From: Azolla caroliniana
Lineage: Eukaryota > Plantae > Polypodiophyta
Direction of reading: 5' to 3'
Assembly (NCBI GenBank): GCA_043228905.1
Contig: JBHGNT010000013.1
Location: 1,240,001-1,304,000, forward strand
Length of the DNA stretch: 64,000 bases
The translations under genes and the position numbers were made by a program. The notes under the pieces were generated by a model. The model worked only from the letters and a program-made list of their open reading frames with translations, was not told where the DNA came from and searched no databases. Each line of letters opens with the position of its first letter. Positions within the stretch are counted from its first letter, which is position 1. Positions 50,331-62,568 of the stretch are shown here, piece after piece.

Positions 50331-53051
50331 TTAGATCTCGTCCTCATCACAATCACCATCTTCATCATCAGATTCAGTGTTAGTTGATGACATCAACATA
50401 GGTTCTTCGTCAGTAAGATCATCATAATTTGTATGAATTGCTTCTTCTATTCCATTGACATTATCTTGATCATTTGGTGGTAAAGAAGCAAATGTACTTG
50501 ATCTTGTTATTCTCCTATTACAAGAAGACCGCTCATCATCTCTTCTTGGCCTCTGCCTCCGTATTCGATCAATAGGGACTCCATCGCTTGATGTTGTCGT
50601 ATGTGATCTTGTCATGCTCCTTGTCCTTCTTCTCATGCTCATTGTTTCTTGAAAATAAGTTTCATAGAATTCTCTATCCATATCATTCTCATGGCTAATA
50701 GATGGAATATCAGGAGTCTTAGAGACATCTATCTCATTTGGATTCACCTGCAAACAAGTTTATAAAAGCTTAACGAAATTTGAGGAATGTAAATTATAAG
50801 AAGTGAATAAAACAATACCTGCATTGGAGATGCATTCACAGTCTCAAACTTGCGAACTAGCCTTAAGTTCTCTCGCACATATACCAATCGTTCAAGTTGT
50901 GCTACCTTTAGTCTGTTTCTATTTTTTGTATGTGCGAGAGCATGTGCATTCCAATTCCTTTCTGCTGCCCCAGAAGAGCAATCCTAATAGAAAACAAAAT
51001 ATGAAATAAAAGGTAGTACACAAAAGTGCAGTATTTTAGAACTTAACTATAAAATTGATCATTTTTTCAAAACTTGACACTTACTTGGGATAATATGCGG
51101 ACAACTAATGCTTGGAGCTTTGGAGTTCTTCCACCAAAATTTTTCCACCGTGTGACTGGCGTCATCATAGATATCTCTTCATGTGCTAATGCATAGCTAA
51201 ATGTCCCTGTACCATTTCGATATTCATGCAATTCACGAAATAAGATATCACATTCAAGTGTCGAGTACAATTTTTCTGTATAGCTCATCCATTAGCTCGG
51301 GGTTAATAAATGTAGCCTCCTCTCTCCACATCGGATGCAGCAAATGAGCTACAAGGTTGATCGGCCTCTTGAACCATTTCCATCGTATGTCAAATAACTT
51401 CAAAACATCTTCGTACCTAAAAGGGTATTAGTAATTACAAAATGATCTGATCTTAAAACATGAGAAAACATTTGGAGGTTTAATGCTAGGAAACCATAAA
51501 AAATTAAAATAAATATGAAATTTACTTGGATTTGTGGGGGATGTTTTCTTCCACTCCTTTTGCTAAAACATCTTTGCTTCTTCGCATAAACTCATATAAC
51601 AAACCAATAGTGGATCCCTCCCTATCAGTAAGTCGTAAAACACTATACAATGGTGCCATTAGGGTCAAAACAACTTGAAACGAGGACTCAGTTGTAGGAT
51701 CAAGGATGTAGTTCTTTACATTCATGGCATCTGGCTTATTGCAATTTGACCAAGACCTCCACATGTGACTCACCACTGTTTGCTCAAGAGGATACCAAAC
51801 TTTGAGCAAATGTTGTATGACAAGGTACATCACACCAAACCTTGTCTTAGAAGGTCTCAAGATGGCGAGGTTACTGTGAGCAGAAATTTTTTTCCTAGCA
51901 TTCCTCTTCTTGCAAAAAAAACGTACGATATTATTTGCTTTCAACATAATACTTTTCATCCAAGGCAGCTGACCAATGTCCTCCAAAAGTAGATCCAAAG
52001 AATAGGTTGCACATGGAGTCCAAACAATATTAGGGAACTCTGATTCTAGCAAAGACCCCATGCGGACACAACTAGATGCATTGTTTGAAATGACTTGGAC
52101 CACATTTTCCTTACCAACTTCTCTAATTGCCTCTGAAATTCTTTCAGCTAACCAAGAGCTATCAACTGTTGGTGTTGTATTAGCATGACTACAATCAATG
52201 GACTTGAGGAACATTGTCCCATAACAAGATGATACGAGGTCATTTACAAGTTGCCTATGAGAAACATCAACCCATCCATCTGTTAATATAGAACAACCAT
52301 ACTTGGGCCATAATCCTTTTACCCTTTCTAACTTTGCTTGCAAGGATATAACCTCATTTTTCAAGCCTTTCGTCCTCATGTAATTATCTGTGACTCCATT
52401 ATGTTTCTCTCCAATTGTAGAGAAAGCTTCTAACATGTTCTGCCAACATGGTGTTTTTAATAGATTAAATGACAAATTTGCTTCAATGATACATCTCACC
52501 TCCATAACATTTGCATGTTGTTTCCTTTGCATTTGTAACACATGTCCTTTACGCAACGGTTGTTGTTTCACTATAATTGCTGGTGGATATGGTTGGCGAC
52601 TACCACCACCCATACATGACATGCTTTGACTTTTATCAACAAAGGTAGACGAGCATGAGGTAGAAACAGCTAAAAGAAAAAAAAATTCAAGATAAATAAT
52701 TTACAATTATTTAAACATTAGTAATCAAGACACCTATTGTAGGCTTGTGTCTATACCTTGTTTAGGCATGTTGAATGAGTCGATCTCTGCTACTATATCT
52801 TCTTCTTCGCCAATTGCTTGGCTTCCACAATTACCATACAAAGTTGTAAGGTCAATCAACATTTCCTTGGGGACATTGGTACATTTCGTTACTCCATGGC
52901 TAGGTTTTCCAATTAAATGAGCAATCATTTGTGTTGCTGACCCATGCATATGTTTGTTGCAAAATTTACAGTTCCAACTTCTATTTCCTGTTTGACTTCT
53001 TACGACATTGAGGCAACATGTATCCCAATATTTGTTCTTAATGGGCGGCAT
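50331..53051 (-). pseudogene. hAT transposase (BED finger, DUF659, dimerisation domain); coding exons approx 53051-52734, 52669-51526, 51416-51085, 50983-50819, 50747-50331
   Basis: WNCKFC..AHL; CSILTDGW; QVISNNAS (catalytic D to N); RPSKTRF; AAERNW; GT-AG sites at inferred boundaries. Confidence 0.82.
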
Positions 53052-53439
53052 TTTCCTTCTTTATTTTCTACAAATCAATAAAATTGAGATATTGAAAATG
53101 GAAAATAATGCACAAAAAGAGGAGCAAGATTATATGAATGCATTAAAGCAAATCGAAGAACTGAAAACTTTGAATAGATCAACCTTCAGGGAGGATGAGG
53201 ATTATACTACTTTAAATAAGCAACTACAGGATACTCAAGAGTATCTTTTATTCATAGAAAGCAAATACAAGAAAATGTTACAATTAAGGACATGTATAAA
53301 AACAGAAAATTCAACTCTTTTGGAAGCTAAAAAGGAAGCAAAAATTACCATAACTTAACTAAAGAGCCTTAATGCTTAACGTAATAACGACATGCATAAA
53401 AGCAAAAAATTCAACAAGTTTGGAAGCCAAAAGGGAAGT

Positions 53440-53856
53440 AGAATTTGGTCAAGAAATCCATCTTGAAGATGTACAGAAAGGGTTCGATGAAGATCTATTT
53501 ATTCATAGTGCTTTGCTAGATATGTATGTCAAATGTGGATCTATAGTGGAAGTGCAAAATGTTTTCAACCAAATGTCCAACCGAGATGTGGTATTATGGA
53601 CAACATTGATTGCATGATATGCTGAGCATGGACCCGTTGAGGATGCACTGAAAAGCTTTGAAAAGATACAAGATGAGGGGATACTTATTACTACCAAACA
53701 CTTTCACCTTTTCTAGTGTCTTAAAGGAATGCTCTCATTGGAGGGTTTGTTGAGTATAGAACTACTGAGAAAGCATTAGATTCTTTTGATAAAATGCAAG
53801 TTGATGGAATCTTTCCGGATGCATATACATTGCCCATGTCCTAAAAGTGTGCGGTT
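53440..53856 (+). pseudogene. PLS-class PPR gene fragment inside hAT
   Basis: SALLDMYVKCGSIVEVQNVFNQMSNRDVVLWTTLIA*YAEHG..DALKSFEKIQDEGI; KALDSFDKMQVDGIFPD..VLKVCG. Confidence 0.85.
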
Positions 53857-54547
53857 TTTTAGGGCCTACAGATAAAGGACAATCCATGTATTGAAAGGGT
53901 TCTAGCAAGTGCACATTTATTCATACCCATCACATTCAAAAGCAGACAACCAAAACCATGATATTCCAAAAAATGAGTAGTTGTTAACAAAAATAAATAT
54001 GCATTGCAAATGATAAAAAATGGGACATCATTAAAAAAGGACCAAGCACTTTTCCCATGACACGAAATTGAGATCTTCAATGTTTCTGGAAACCAATGTC
54101 ATTTATAGTAACATGGAAAGTAAATTAGAATGATCAGTTTCTGAAATGAATTCAAATGGGATACAACCACTAAAATCAATAAGCAAAGGATTAGCTAATG
54201 CTACAAATTGTGAAAGATTTTGAACACATTGTCTACATGTATACATACATGTTTGAGTTTCAACACATGGTTCCTATAATATTTGATCTCAACACTTGCA
54301 AAGAGGAGAGTTTTATTGCATGACGTCAATTACAATTGTCTACCAATTTGTTACTTGTATAGATGCATTATTGTGGAATAGATAGATTGCTGGACACAAG
54401 CATACGTAAACTAGATCAACTAAAAATTAAATCTCCCTTGTCATTTGGTATTATCATACAACTTGACATTGGAATACAACAAAATGGGAGGTATACTTAA
54501 TCATAAAAAATAAAAGAAAGAAACATATTCACTAACCTGATTTTATT

Positions 54548-54800
54548 TTCTTCCTCTTCTTCTTCTTCTTGTTGTTCTTGTTGTTCTTGTTGTTGTTGTT
54601 GTTCTTGTGCTTCTTCTTCTTCTTCTTCTTCTAGTGCTTCTTCTTCTTCTTCTTCTTCTTCTTCTTCTTCTTCTTCTTCTTCTTCTGCTTCTTCTTCTTC
54701 TTCTTCTTTTTCTTCTTTTTCTTCTTCTTCTAGTGCTTCTTCTTCTTCTGCTTCTTCTTCTGCTTTTTCTGTTTCTTCTTCTTTTTCTTCTTCTTCTTCT
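54548..54800. repeat. (CTT)n/(GTT)n compound microsatellite in hAT 5' region
   Basis: Direct reading. Confidence 0.95.
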
Positions 54801-55550
54801 AAGTCTATTCTGTCCGTCTTTCTTCCTTCCTTCTATTTTACTAAAGTTGTTCTTTTCTTTTGCTTTCTTTAGGGTTTTACTCACATTTTCTATGAATACG
54901 TACTATACGTATTTTTTTAAAGGTACGTTAAATACCGTATTAGACGAATGTATATGACATTTGAACGAACAACTTTGACATATGGTACGTACTATACAAA
55001 TAAGAAGGTATTATACGTATTGATACGTTAAATACGCGTACGTAAACAACGCTGCATAGTAGCACCGCAACATTATCTGAGCGACTTACTAAGATCCGCC
55101 ACGAAGACATTCAATGAAAAAAGAAGAATAATGCTCAACCGGTCGCAATGGCAATCTCCGTAAATCAATTCCAAAGGGGTCATCCAGCAAATCAACAAAG
55201 GTACAAACCTGATAAAGTAAGAAATAGTGAGTCTAATAATAATAAAACATACATTAAGAGTGAAGCACAAAAATACTCTGGGAACAACTCACGACAAAAT
55301 GGAAGCTTTAGAATCATCTATAGATATTGCAAGAAGGAAGGACATACCGATCAAGTATGTCCCCTCAAGCAAGCAGAGAATAATTCCAACCGACCCCAGG
55401 CACATAATGTGGTTATCCAACAAGAAGATGATAGAAATCCAGAATACTCTTTTGAAGAAGTACCTGGACAAAATGAAGAACATGATGAAGAAGAGTACAT
55501 TCAAGCATATAATGCAAACACATTTGAAGAAAATCAAAATGAAGATGATA

Positions 55551-56005
55551 TGTTACGGGCATGACCATATAATATCCCGTGGTAAGAATTTACCGTAGTA
55601 TTCTATACACGTGGATAAGTGTGAGGGTTAAAGGAGAGTGTAAAGAAGGGGAGGATTACTTTTAATCCTCGGGATTGAGACAACCCATTAGGTCAAGTGT
55701 GAACTTGCCTGGGGGCCTTGGGTTTCGCTATAAATAAGAGGCCTAGCTACCCTCATTTGAGGATCTTTTGACTACATCGAGACTCTGCTCGTGTGGTGGG
55801 TCAACTCTTGTAGCGAGCGCGCCAGCACCAGGTACGACTCGACGCCACGACGGTGGTATGGGACGCCGATCGAGGCTCGAGTCCGTCTCGATCCCTTCGC
55901 TCGGGGGTGGTCGGGTGGATCGGCACCCTTCTTTCTCTTTCTCCTTTCTATCTATCTTTTCATTATCCTTATCTTAAGCTTACATTAGTACTATGATCTA
56001 TAATA
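55551..56005 (+). repeat. 5' LTR (TG...TA)
   Basis: Matches 62114-62568; TATAAATA near 55729. Confidence 0.95.
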
Positions 56006-56249
56006 TTTGGTATCAGATTTTTTTACTAATGTTTCTTTGTTTTTCATTTGTCTTTTGATTGATGCTGATCGATCATTGTGCGGTTGGCCTTGATCCAGAC
56101 AACGATCAACAAAGAACTTCGGTAACTCTTTCCATATTTTTTTTTCTATTCTCTCTTCTCCCATCTAATCATGTGTTTAGTTTATATGTAATTTTTTTCA
56201 TTAAATCAATGATGTTGTAGTGGTCTTTAATTGATTATCTAAAACGTTT

Positions 56250-56515
56250 ACATATGTGCACGGGGTCAATACCTCGTTTGACATGTTAATAATATGTGAT
56301 GAGTGTCGTATGCGTACGAGGTTAATACCTCAATTACGTATTACGTTCACGAACATATGTTACGTTTGCGTATGAGTTTAATACCTTGATTTGTTGTAAA
56401 CGATATGCGTTTGGTCTCGTATGCGTAAGAGGTCAATACCTCCATTGCGTATTACGATGATCTCTTATTTGTGGATGTTTCGTGTGCGTAGAGGTATATA
56501 CCTCGATTACGTATC
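56250..56515 (+). repeat. Five ~56-nt hairpin-forming repeats in gypsy leader
   Basis: GAGGT-NNNN-ACCTC-type cores at 56262, 56318, 56374, 56429, 56491. Confidence 0.85.
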
Positions 56516-57693
56516 TCGATCACATCATTTGTGGCTATTTACTATAACGATATGTTGAATATAGGCATATGTGGTCACATATATACGTATTTGATCGTAT
56601 ATATGTGATAAGTAACCATATGTGTATATTCGTTATTACGTGATTATATCGAAAGTTGTCATGATCGGGAAAAGGATGTTGGTGGCCGTCCTCACATTTT
56701 TGTGAGAATGGCGTTGTCACCATCCCTTTTTCAACATTTTTTTATTGTTGATAACCCCGTTGACGACCTCGATTTCGTTACGTAAAGAAACGACAATAGC
56801 CAAAATGATGTTGAGTACGTAGGGCTTGACCCACTTCAAGTGAGGTCGCTCCAATGACGCACGTATCCAACATCCCTCCCTCGTTACATGGATACGATGC
56901 CACCATGAGCTCGTTCTTACGAGAGGCATTCGTAATGACGTGACCATGTGATGGCCCACGTGAGCCTACTACGAAACGAGGGCTCATTTGGCTTGACCAT
57001 TAGGTTGCCCTTTGACATATGCCATCGTAATTACGAGACTTGAGGTTAGGTAACGTACCAACATAGTGTTGGTAAATGAGGGCGAAATAAGGACCCTTAA
57101 CATATATGTTCTTTTAAAAAAACGTATATGATATATTGCCTCGCATATCTCTTATACGCATCAAACATTAAGCATTCGAGAAGAGCAACTTACTTGGTTG
57201 GCTCAAGTGTTTAATGTATTTGTTCTCGAGGTCTCGAGTTCAAATATGACCAAGACCATACAACATCCTTGATACATATGACTATAACACATGTTTAGAC
57301 TTAAGGTCTAAGTGCACCTCGGGGTCCTCGTAATAGGACTTAAAGAGCCGAAACCACTTATGTGGGCACCGAAACATAGTTTATTGTTAACATTTTTTTT
57401 CGTGTATAAACTATTCATGACGCGAACATACATGGTTGAGCCTCGGGGAGCCACCATGAAAAAATCGATATAGAGATCAGGGAAAGACATTTATTTGTCA
57501 CCCCCATGGTTTTTAAAACACCTTTGTGTTACCATAGTAACCTGATCTTGAACCTCATCTCATACGTCTAGAGGGGTATTGACGTGAGATAATGATATCG
57601 ATTAATGCTCGCCCATGATATGTTTACATCACGACAAGATGTTATGACTATATCTCTGACCTTATCCTATTTCTTTTCCAGAAATAATCTTTA

Positions 57694-60600
57694 ATGGCTC
57701 AAATTAACGACCCGATGTCATCCGCTCAAGCGGAAGGAACTCAAGGGAATCCTCCTGGACAAATGTCCACTGAGATGTATTTGGCACAAATAACCCAATT
57801 CCTTAGTTTCACCGCTCAACAGATGACCGAACTTCGGCAATCTCAGAGTGCTCTTGAGGCACGTGTCATTAGCCTACAACGTGAGACTAATAGACCTGAT
57901 GAGCGACAAGGTGAACCATCATTTGTCGTTAAGCCATTTACGGGAGACAAAAAGGAAAGAACCGAAGAAGCAATCTGCACATGGCTGGGACGATGGGAGT
58001 CTCATTTTGAGCTCTATCCCACGCCAGATAGTACGAAGATTGCATATGTCGGCCGAGAACTCGGGGGTAAGGCCGCCGCCTGGTGGCGTGGCCTCCGTAC
58101 TATGGGGAAATTGCCCCATACCTGGACAGATTTTGTCACGGTTTTTAAGGGCCAATTTCTGCAACCTCCCTCTCGAACCGAGGCAGCACAAGCTTTAATG
58201 AACCTCTCTAGCAGGAAATTTTCCTCGCTAGAAGACTATGTTCACCATGCTAGAACCCAAATCCAAAAATCGGGTCTAGAAGGGGACAATTGGTTGATAG
58301 CTTGTTTTGTCAATGGCATCCCCAATTCGGACTATCATTGGATAGTGCACGATAAGGATCCAAAATCCTTCGAAGAGGCCGTTGAAATAGTTCTTCGCTA
58401 TCAACGCACTTCGAAGAAGGACCATAACAAACCCAACGAAGCGCCCGGGACTAAGCAGTCGCAATTTGTTGGGAAACGCAAGACACCCAACAAATTCCTG
58501 GATCGCGATTGTAAGCGACAACATCCTTTTTGTGTATTCTGCAAAAAGAAGGGTCATACAAAAGATCAATGTCGAAAGCTCCAACGGAAAGAGCACGACA
58601 ACAAAGCTAAAGCTGCAGACCATAAAGGTCAGATTCCTAATGTCCTTCAGGTCTATACACATCATTTAAGTAATTGTCAATGTTCTTTCCCTCACTATGT
58701 ATTGGGTCCCAATGATTTACTACGTGCAAACGGGTATATCAATGGATCTCCCGTACAATTTTTATTTGATTCGGGAAGGTCACACAATTTTGTGAATGAT
58801 CGTTTGGTTCAGATATGGGGAATCCAACCCACCGTAAGTGATCACACCTACACGGTGCACTTGGCTGATGGAAGAGTACAATACATCAACGGGGCGATTC
58901 ATTCATTAGGAATTTCTATTGATACTTATATAGAGGAAGTAGACTTCCATGTAATGAATCTTTGTACCACCGATGTAATACTGGGTTATCCCTGGTTTTA
59001 TAATAAAAACTCTTCTTTATTTATTGATTGGGTTCGTCATTCCATTTCTTTTGTACTGAACGATTGTACGCATTTTATTCAATGTGTAAAAAAACAATCC
59101 CTCTCGATTGTTTCCTCGTGTCCATCAATATCCGAGTTGTCTTGTTCTACGTTATTTTATTGTGTACTTGATCCGGACATTCACGTTTACAATATCGATA
59201 ATGTCCCGATTCAATTAACATATTTTGAACAACAACAACTTGATGAAATCTTAAATGATTTTCATGATGTTTTTCCAAGTGAACTACCTGATGGGTTACC
59301 TCCTAAACGTAATATAGACCATCGTATAGATATTGTACCTGGTGTTGCACCAATAAGTATACCTCCGTATCGCTTAAGTCGATCCGAAGAAGATGAGGTA
59401 TCTAAGCAACTCAAGGACTATTTACGAATGGGTTATATACGTTATAGTAAATCTCCATGGGGTGCACCAGTTCTCTTGGTTAAAAAGAAAGAGGGCACAT
59501 GGCGTATGTGTATTAATTACCGACGCTTGAATAAAGTGACGATCAAGAATTCGTATCCATTGCCCCGGGCTGACGATCTAATTGACCGTCTCCAGGGAGC
59601 TCGGTATTTTACGAAACTTGATCTCCGTATTGGCTACCATCAAATACGAATAAGTGAGGACGATGTTCCTAAAACGGCATTTCGTACGCGCTATGGCCAT
59701 TACGAGTTTTTGGTTATGCCTTTTGGTTTGACCAATGCTCCGGCTACTTTTCAACAAGAAATGAATGACATTTTCCGAGAACAACTTGGAAAATTTGTCG
59801 TTATTTTCTTGGATGATATTTTAGTTTATAGCCGTACATTACAAGAACATGCTAGACATGTCCGCTTTGTTTTACAAACATTGCGTGACAAACAGTTTTA
59901 TGCGAAGATCTCAAAATGTGAGTTCTTCAAGAAATCAATTACTTATCTAGGACATCTCATAACCGAACGAGGAGTTGAAATTGATCCTTCTCGCATTGAG
60001 AAAATCAAGCTTTGGCCCACTCTTCGGAATATTCGAGAAGTTCGATCATTCCTTGGTTTTGTGGGGTTTTTGCGAAAGTCTCTTCGTAATTACTCCCAAT
60101 TGACGACGCCGTTTACTGATCTTTTAAAAGGTCAAACGCGTAAGTCTACAAAACCTATTGTGTGGAATGCTACACTAGACCTTGCCTTTACGGAACTCAA
60201 GGACCTGGTTTGCAAGGCTCCTTCACTTCTTTTACCCGATCCTTCAAAACCTTTTGAGGTTGAAACCGATGCAAGTGATTATGCTATAAGTGCTGTCTTG
60301 TATCAAGATGGTAAACCAATAGCATTCGAGAGTAAGAAACTTGATTCTGCTCAATGTCGGTATACCGTTCAAGAAAAGGAATTATTTGCAGTTATACATG
60401 CGCTCAAAACATGGCGCCATTATCTTTATGGAAATCACTTTGTGGTAACTACGGACCACGAGTCCTTGAAATATTTTTGTGACCAACAAGACCTGAAAGG
60501 TCGTAAGGCACGATGGGCTGATCTCATCCAGGACTTTGATTTTTCCATACGATATCGTAAAGGTTCCATGAACACTGTCGCTGATGCACTAAGTTGCATC

Positions 60601-62127
60601 CGTGAAGTTAACACGCTTAGCTTCACTGAAATATCATCAGATCTTTATGATCACCTTCGAGGAAAGTATCCTGATGACAGTTATTTCGCAAAATACTGGG
60701 CAAGAGTTGAGTCTGGAACAGACACCACCACATCCTCGAAGGAATACTTCCACATTGCTAACGGTTTGCTCTACCGTAATGGGAAGGTTTGTGTTCCAGA
60801 TTTACCCGAGGTCAAAAAGAGGATTCTTTTTGAATGCCATGATGCACCCTCAGCAGGGCACCCTGGAATACATCGTACACTCGTTCTCATCTCCACTCAA
60901 TTTTATTGGCCTAAGATGCGTCCTGACATACATAGCTATGTGACTAAATGTCACCAGTGTCAGGTTAACAAAGCCGAGCGACTTAAAGTCGCAGGACTTT
61001 TACATCCCTTGGACATTCCCAATAATAAGTGGGAAAGTATATCCATGGATTTTATTGTTAGCCTTCCTCGCACCTAAAAAGGTCATGATGCCATCTGGGT
61101 TGTCGTTGATCGACTAACTAAAATGGCCAGATTTATTGCTACTAAAACCACGGTAACAGCTCCTGAATTTGCTTACCAATTCGTTGACGAATTGTTTCGT
61201 TTTTATGGGTTACCGATGGATATCGTGAGTGATCGAGATCCAAAGTTTACTAGTGACTTCTGGACACAGGTCTTTAAGAAGTTAGAAACTACGTTGAGCA
61301 TGAGCTCCACGGATCATCCTCAATCCGATGGACAGACAGAACGAGTAAATCAAATTATTGAGGACATGCTTCGAGCATACGTTGGTGCAAAACCAACAAA
61401 ATGGGAACGTTATCTCCCAATTTTGGAGTTTGCTTATAACAGCTCCAAGCATACGTCGACGGGATATAGTCCTTTTATGTTGATGTATGGTTTTCAGCCA
61501 CGAGCCCCGATTGATGTTACTATACATCATGATGAGTTGCGAAGTACGCAAAACTTTCTTCAGGATATGCAAGATATGTTGCATATTGCACGAGATAATA
61601 TAAAAACAGCTCAAGATAGAGCGCGTTTTTATGCCGATCATCATAGGCAACCTCGTGTATTCAACCCTGGACAGAAGGTATTTTTACGTGTACCTCACAA
61701 TTCTAAGACATTGTCTACGGGTAAGTGCGCTAAGTTAGCCCCACGGTTTTGTGGACCTTTTACAGTCCTCAAACGCATTGGGTCATCAGCCTATCGTCTC
61801 GCTCTTCCCGATGGTGTCGGAATTCATCCAGTCTTTCATGTGAGTCGTCTAAAAGAACTTCTAGGTTCTGGCGACAATACAGCTACGACTGAAACTCTGG
61901 TTACTTCTGAAGAATTATCTTCTAAACCACATGTACCAGAAAGAATTCTCGATGTTAAAACAAAAAAATTACGTACTAAAGAAATCCGAGAATTCAAAAT
62001 AAAATGGATGGATAAATCAATAAAAGATGCCACATGGGAACGCGAAAATACACTTAGAACTAACTTCCCTAACTTTCCATTGCAAGAGTGCAATGTTTTA
62101 AAGAGGGGGAGTATGTTACGGGCATGA
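57694..62127 (+). pseudogene. Single-frame gag-pol with one in-frame TAA at 61075-61077; ends inside 3' LTR
   Basis: [51 protein letters not shown], group II chromodomain PERILD..IKW..ATWE. Confidence 0.93.
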
Positions 62128-62568
62128 CCATATAATATCCCGTGGTAAGAATTTACCGTAGTATTCTATACACGTGGATAAGTGTGAGGGTTAAAGGAGA
62201 GTGTAAAGAAGGGGAGGATTACTTTTAATCCTCGGGATTGAGACAACCCATTAGGTCAAGTGTGAACTTGCCTGGGGGCCTTGGGTTTCGCTATAAATAA
62301 GAGGCCTAGCTACCCTCATTTGAGGATCTTTTGACTACATCGAGACTCTGCTCGTGTGGTGGGTCAACTCTTGTAGCGAGCGCGCCAGCACCAGGTACGA
62401 CTCGACGCCACGACGGTGGTATGGGACGCCGATCGAGGCTCGAGTCCGTCTCGATCCCTTCGCTCGGGGGTGGTCGGGTGGATCGGCACCCTTCTTTCTC
62501 TTTCTCCTTTCTATCTATCTTTTCATTATCCTTATCTTAAGCTTACATTAGTACTATGATCTATAATA
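62114..62568 (+). repeat. 3' LTR (TG...TA)
   Basis: Matches 55551-56005. Confidence 0.95.

Larger units (their letters stand above)
49498..55054 (-). mobile_element. hAT DNA transposon (5557 bp)
   Basis: Perfect 8-bp TSD CATAGTAG (49490-49497, 55055-55062); imperfect TIR CATGGTTGTT.GTACG / CAGCGTTGTT.GTACG; subterminal TACGTTAAA repeats. Confidence 0.93.
55551..62568 (+). mobile_element. Full-length, very young Ty3/gypsy chromovirus (Reina/Tekay-like)
   Basis: 455-bp LTRs with no difference found by eye; TSD TGATA (55546-55550, 62569-62573); PBS TGGTATCAGA at 56008; PPT AAGAGGGGGAG. Confidence 0.96.

Noticed and set aside
54543-54957. Poly-Arg and poly-Leu ORFs
   Set aside because: Translations of the (CTT)n microsatellite.
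56250-56515. CRISPR-like repeat-spacer array
   Set aside because: Spacers are related to each other (1 with 3, 2 with 4) and conserved between copies; repeats are degenerate; no cas genes; eukaryotic retroelement context.
61075-61077. Programmed stop-codon readthrough in gypsy pol
   Set aside because: TAA lies mid-integrase where CAA (Gln) fits; a C>T mutation is simpler.
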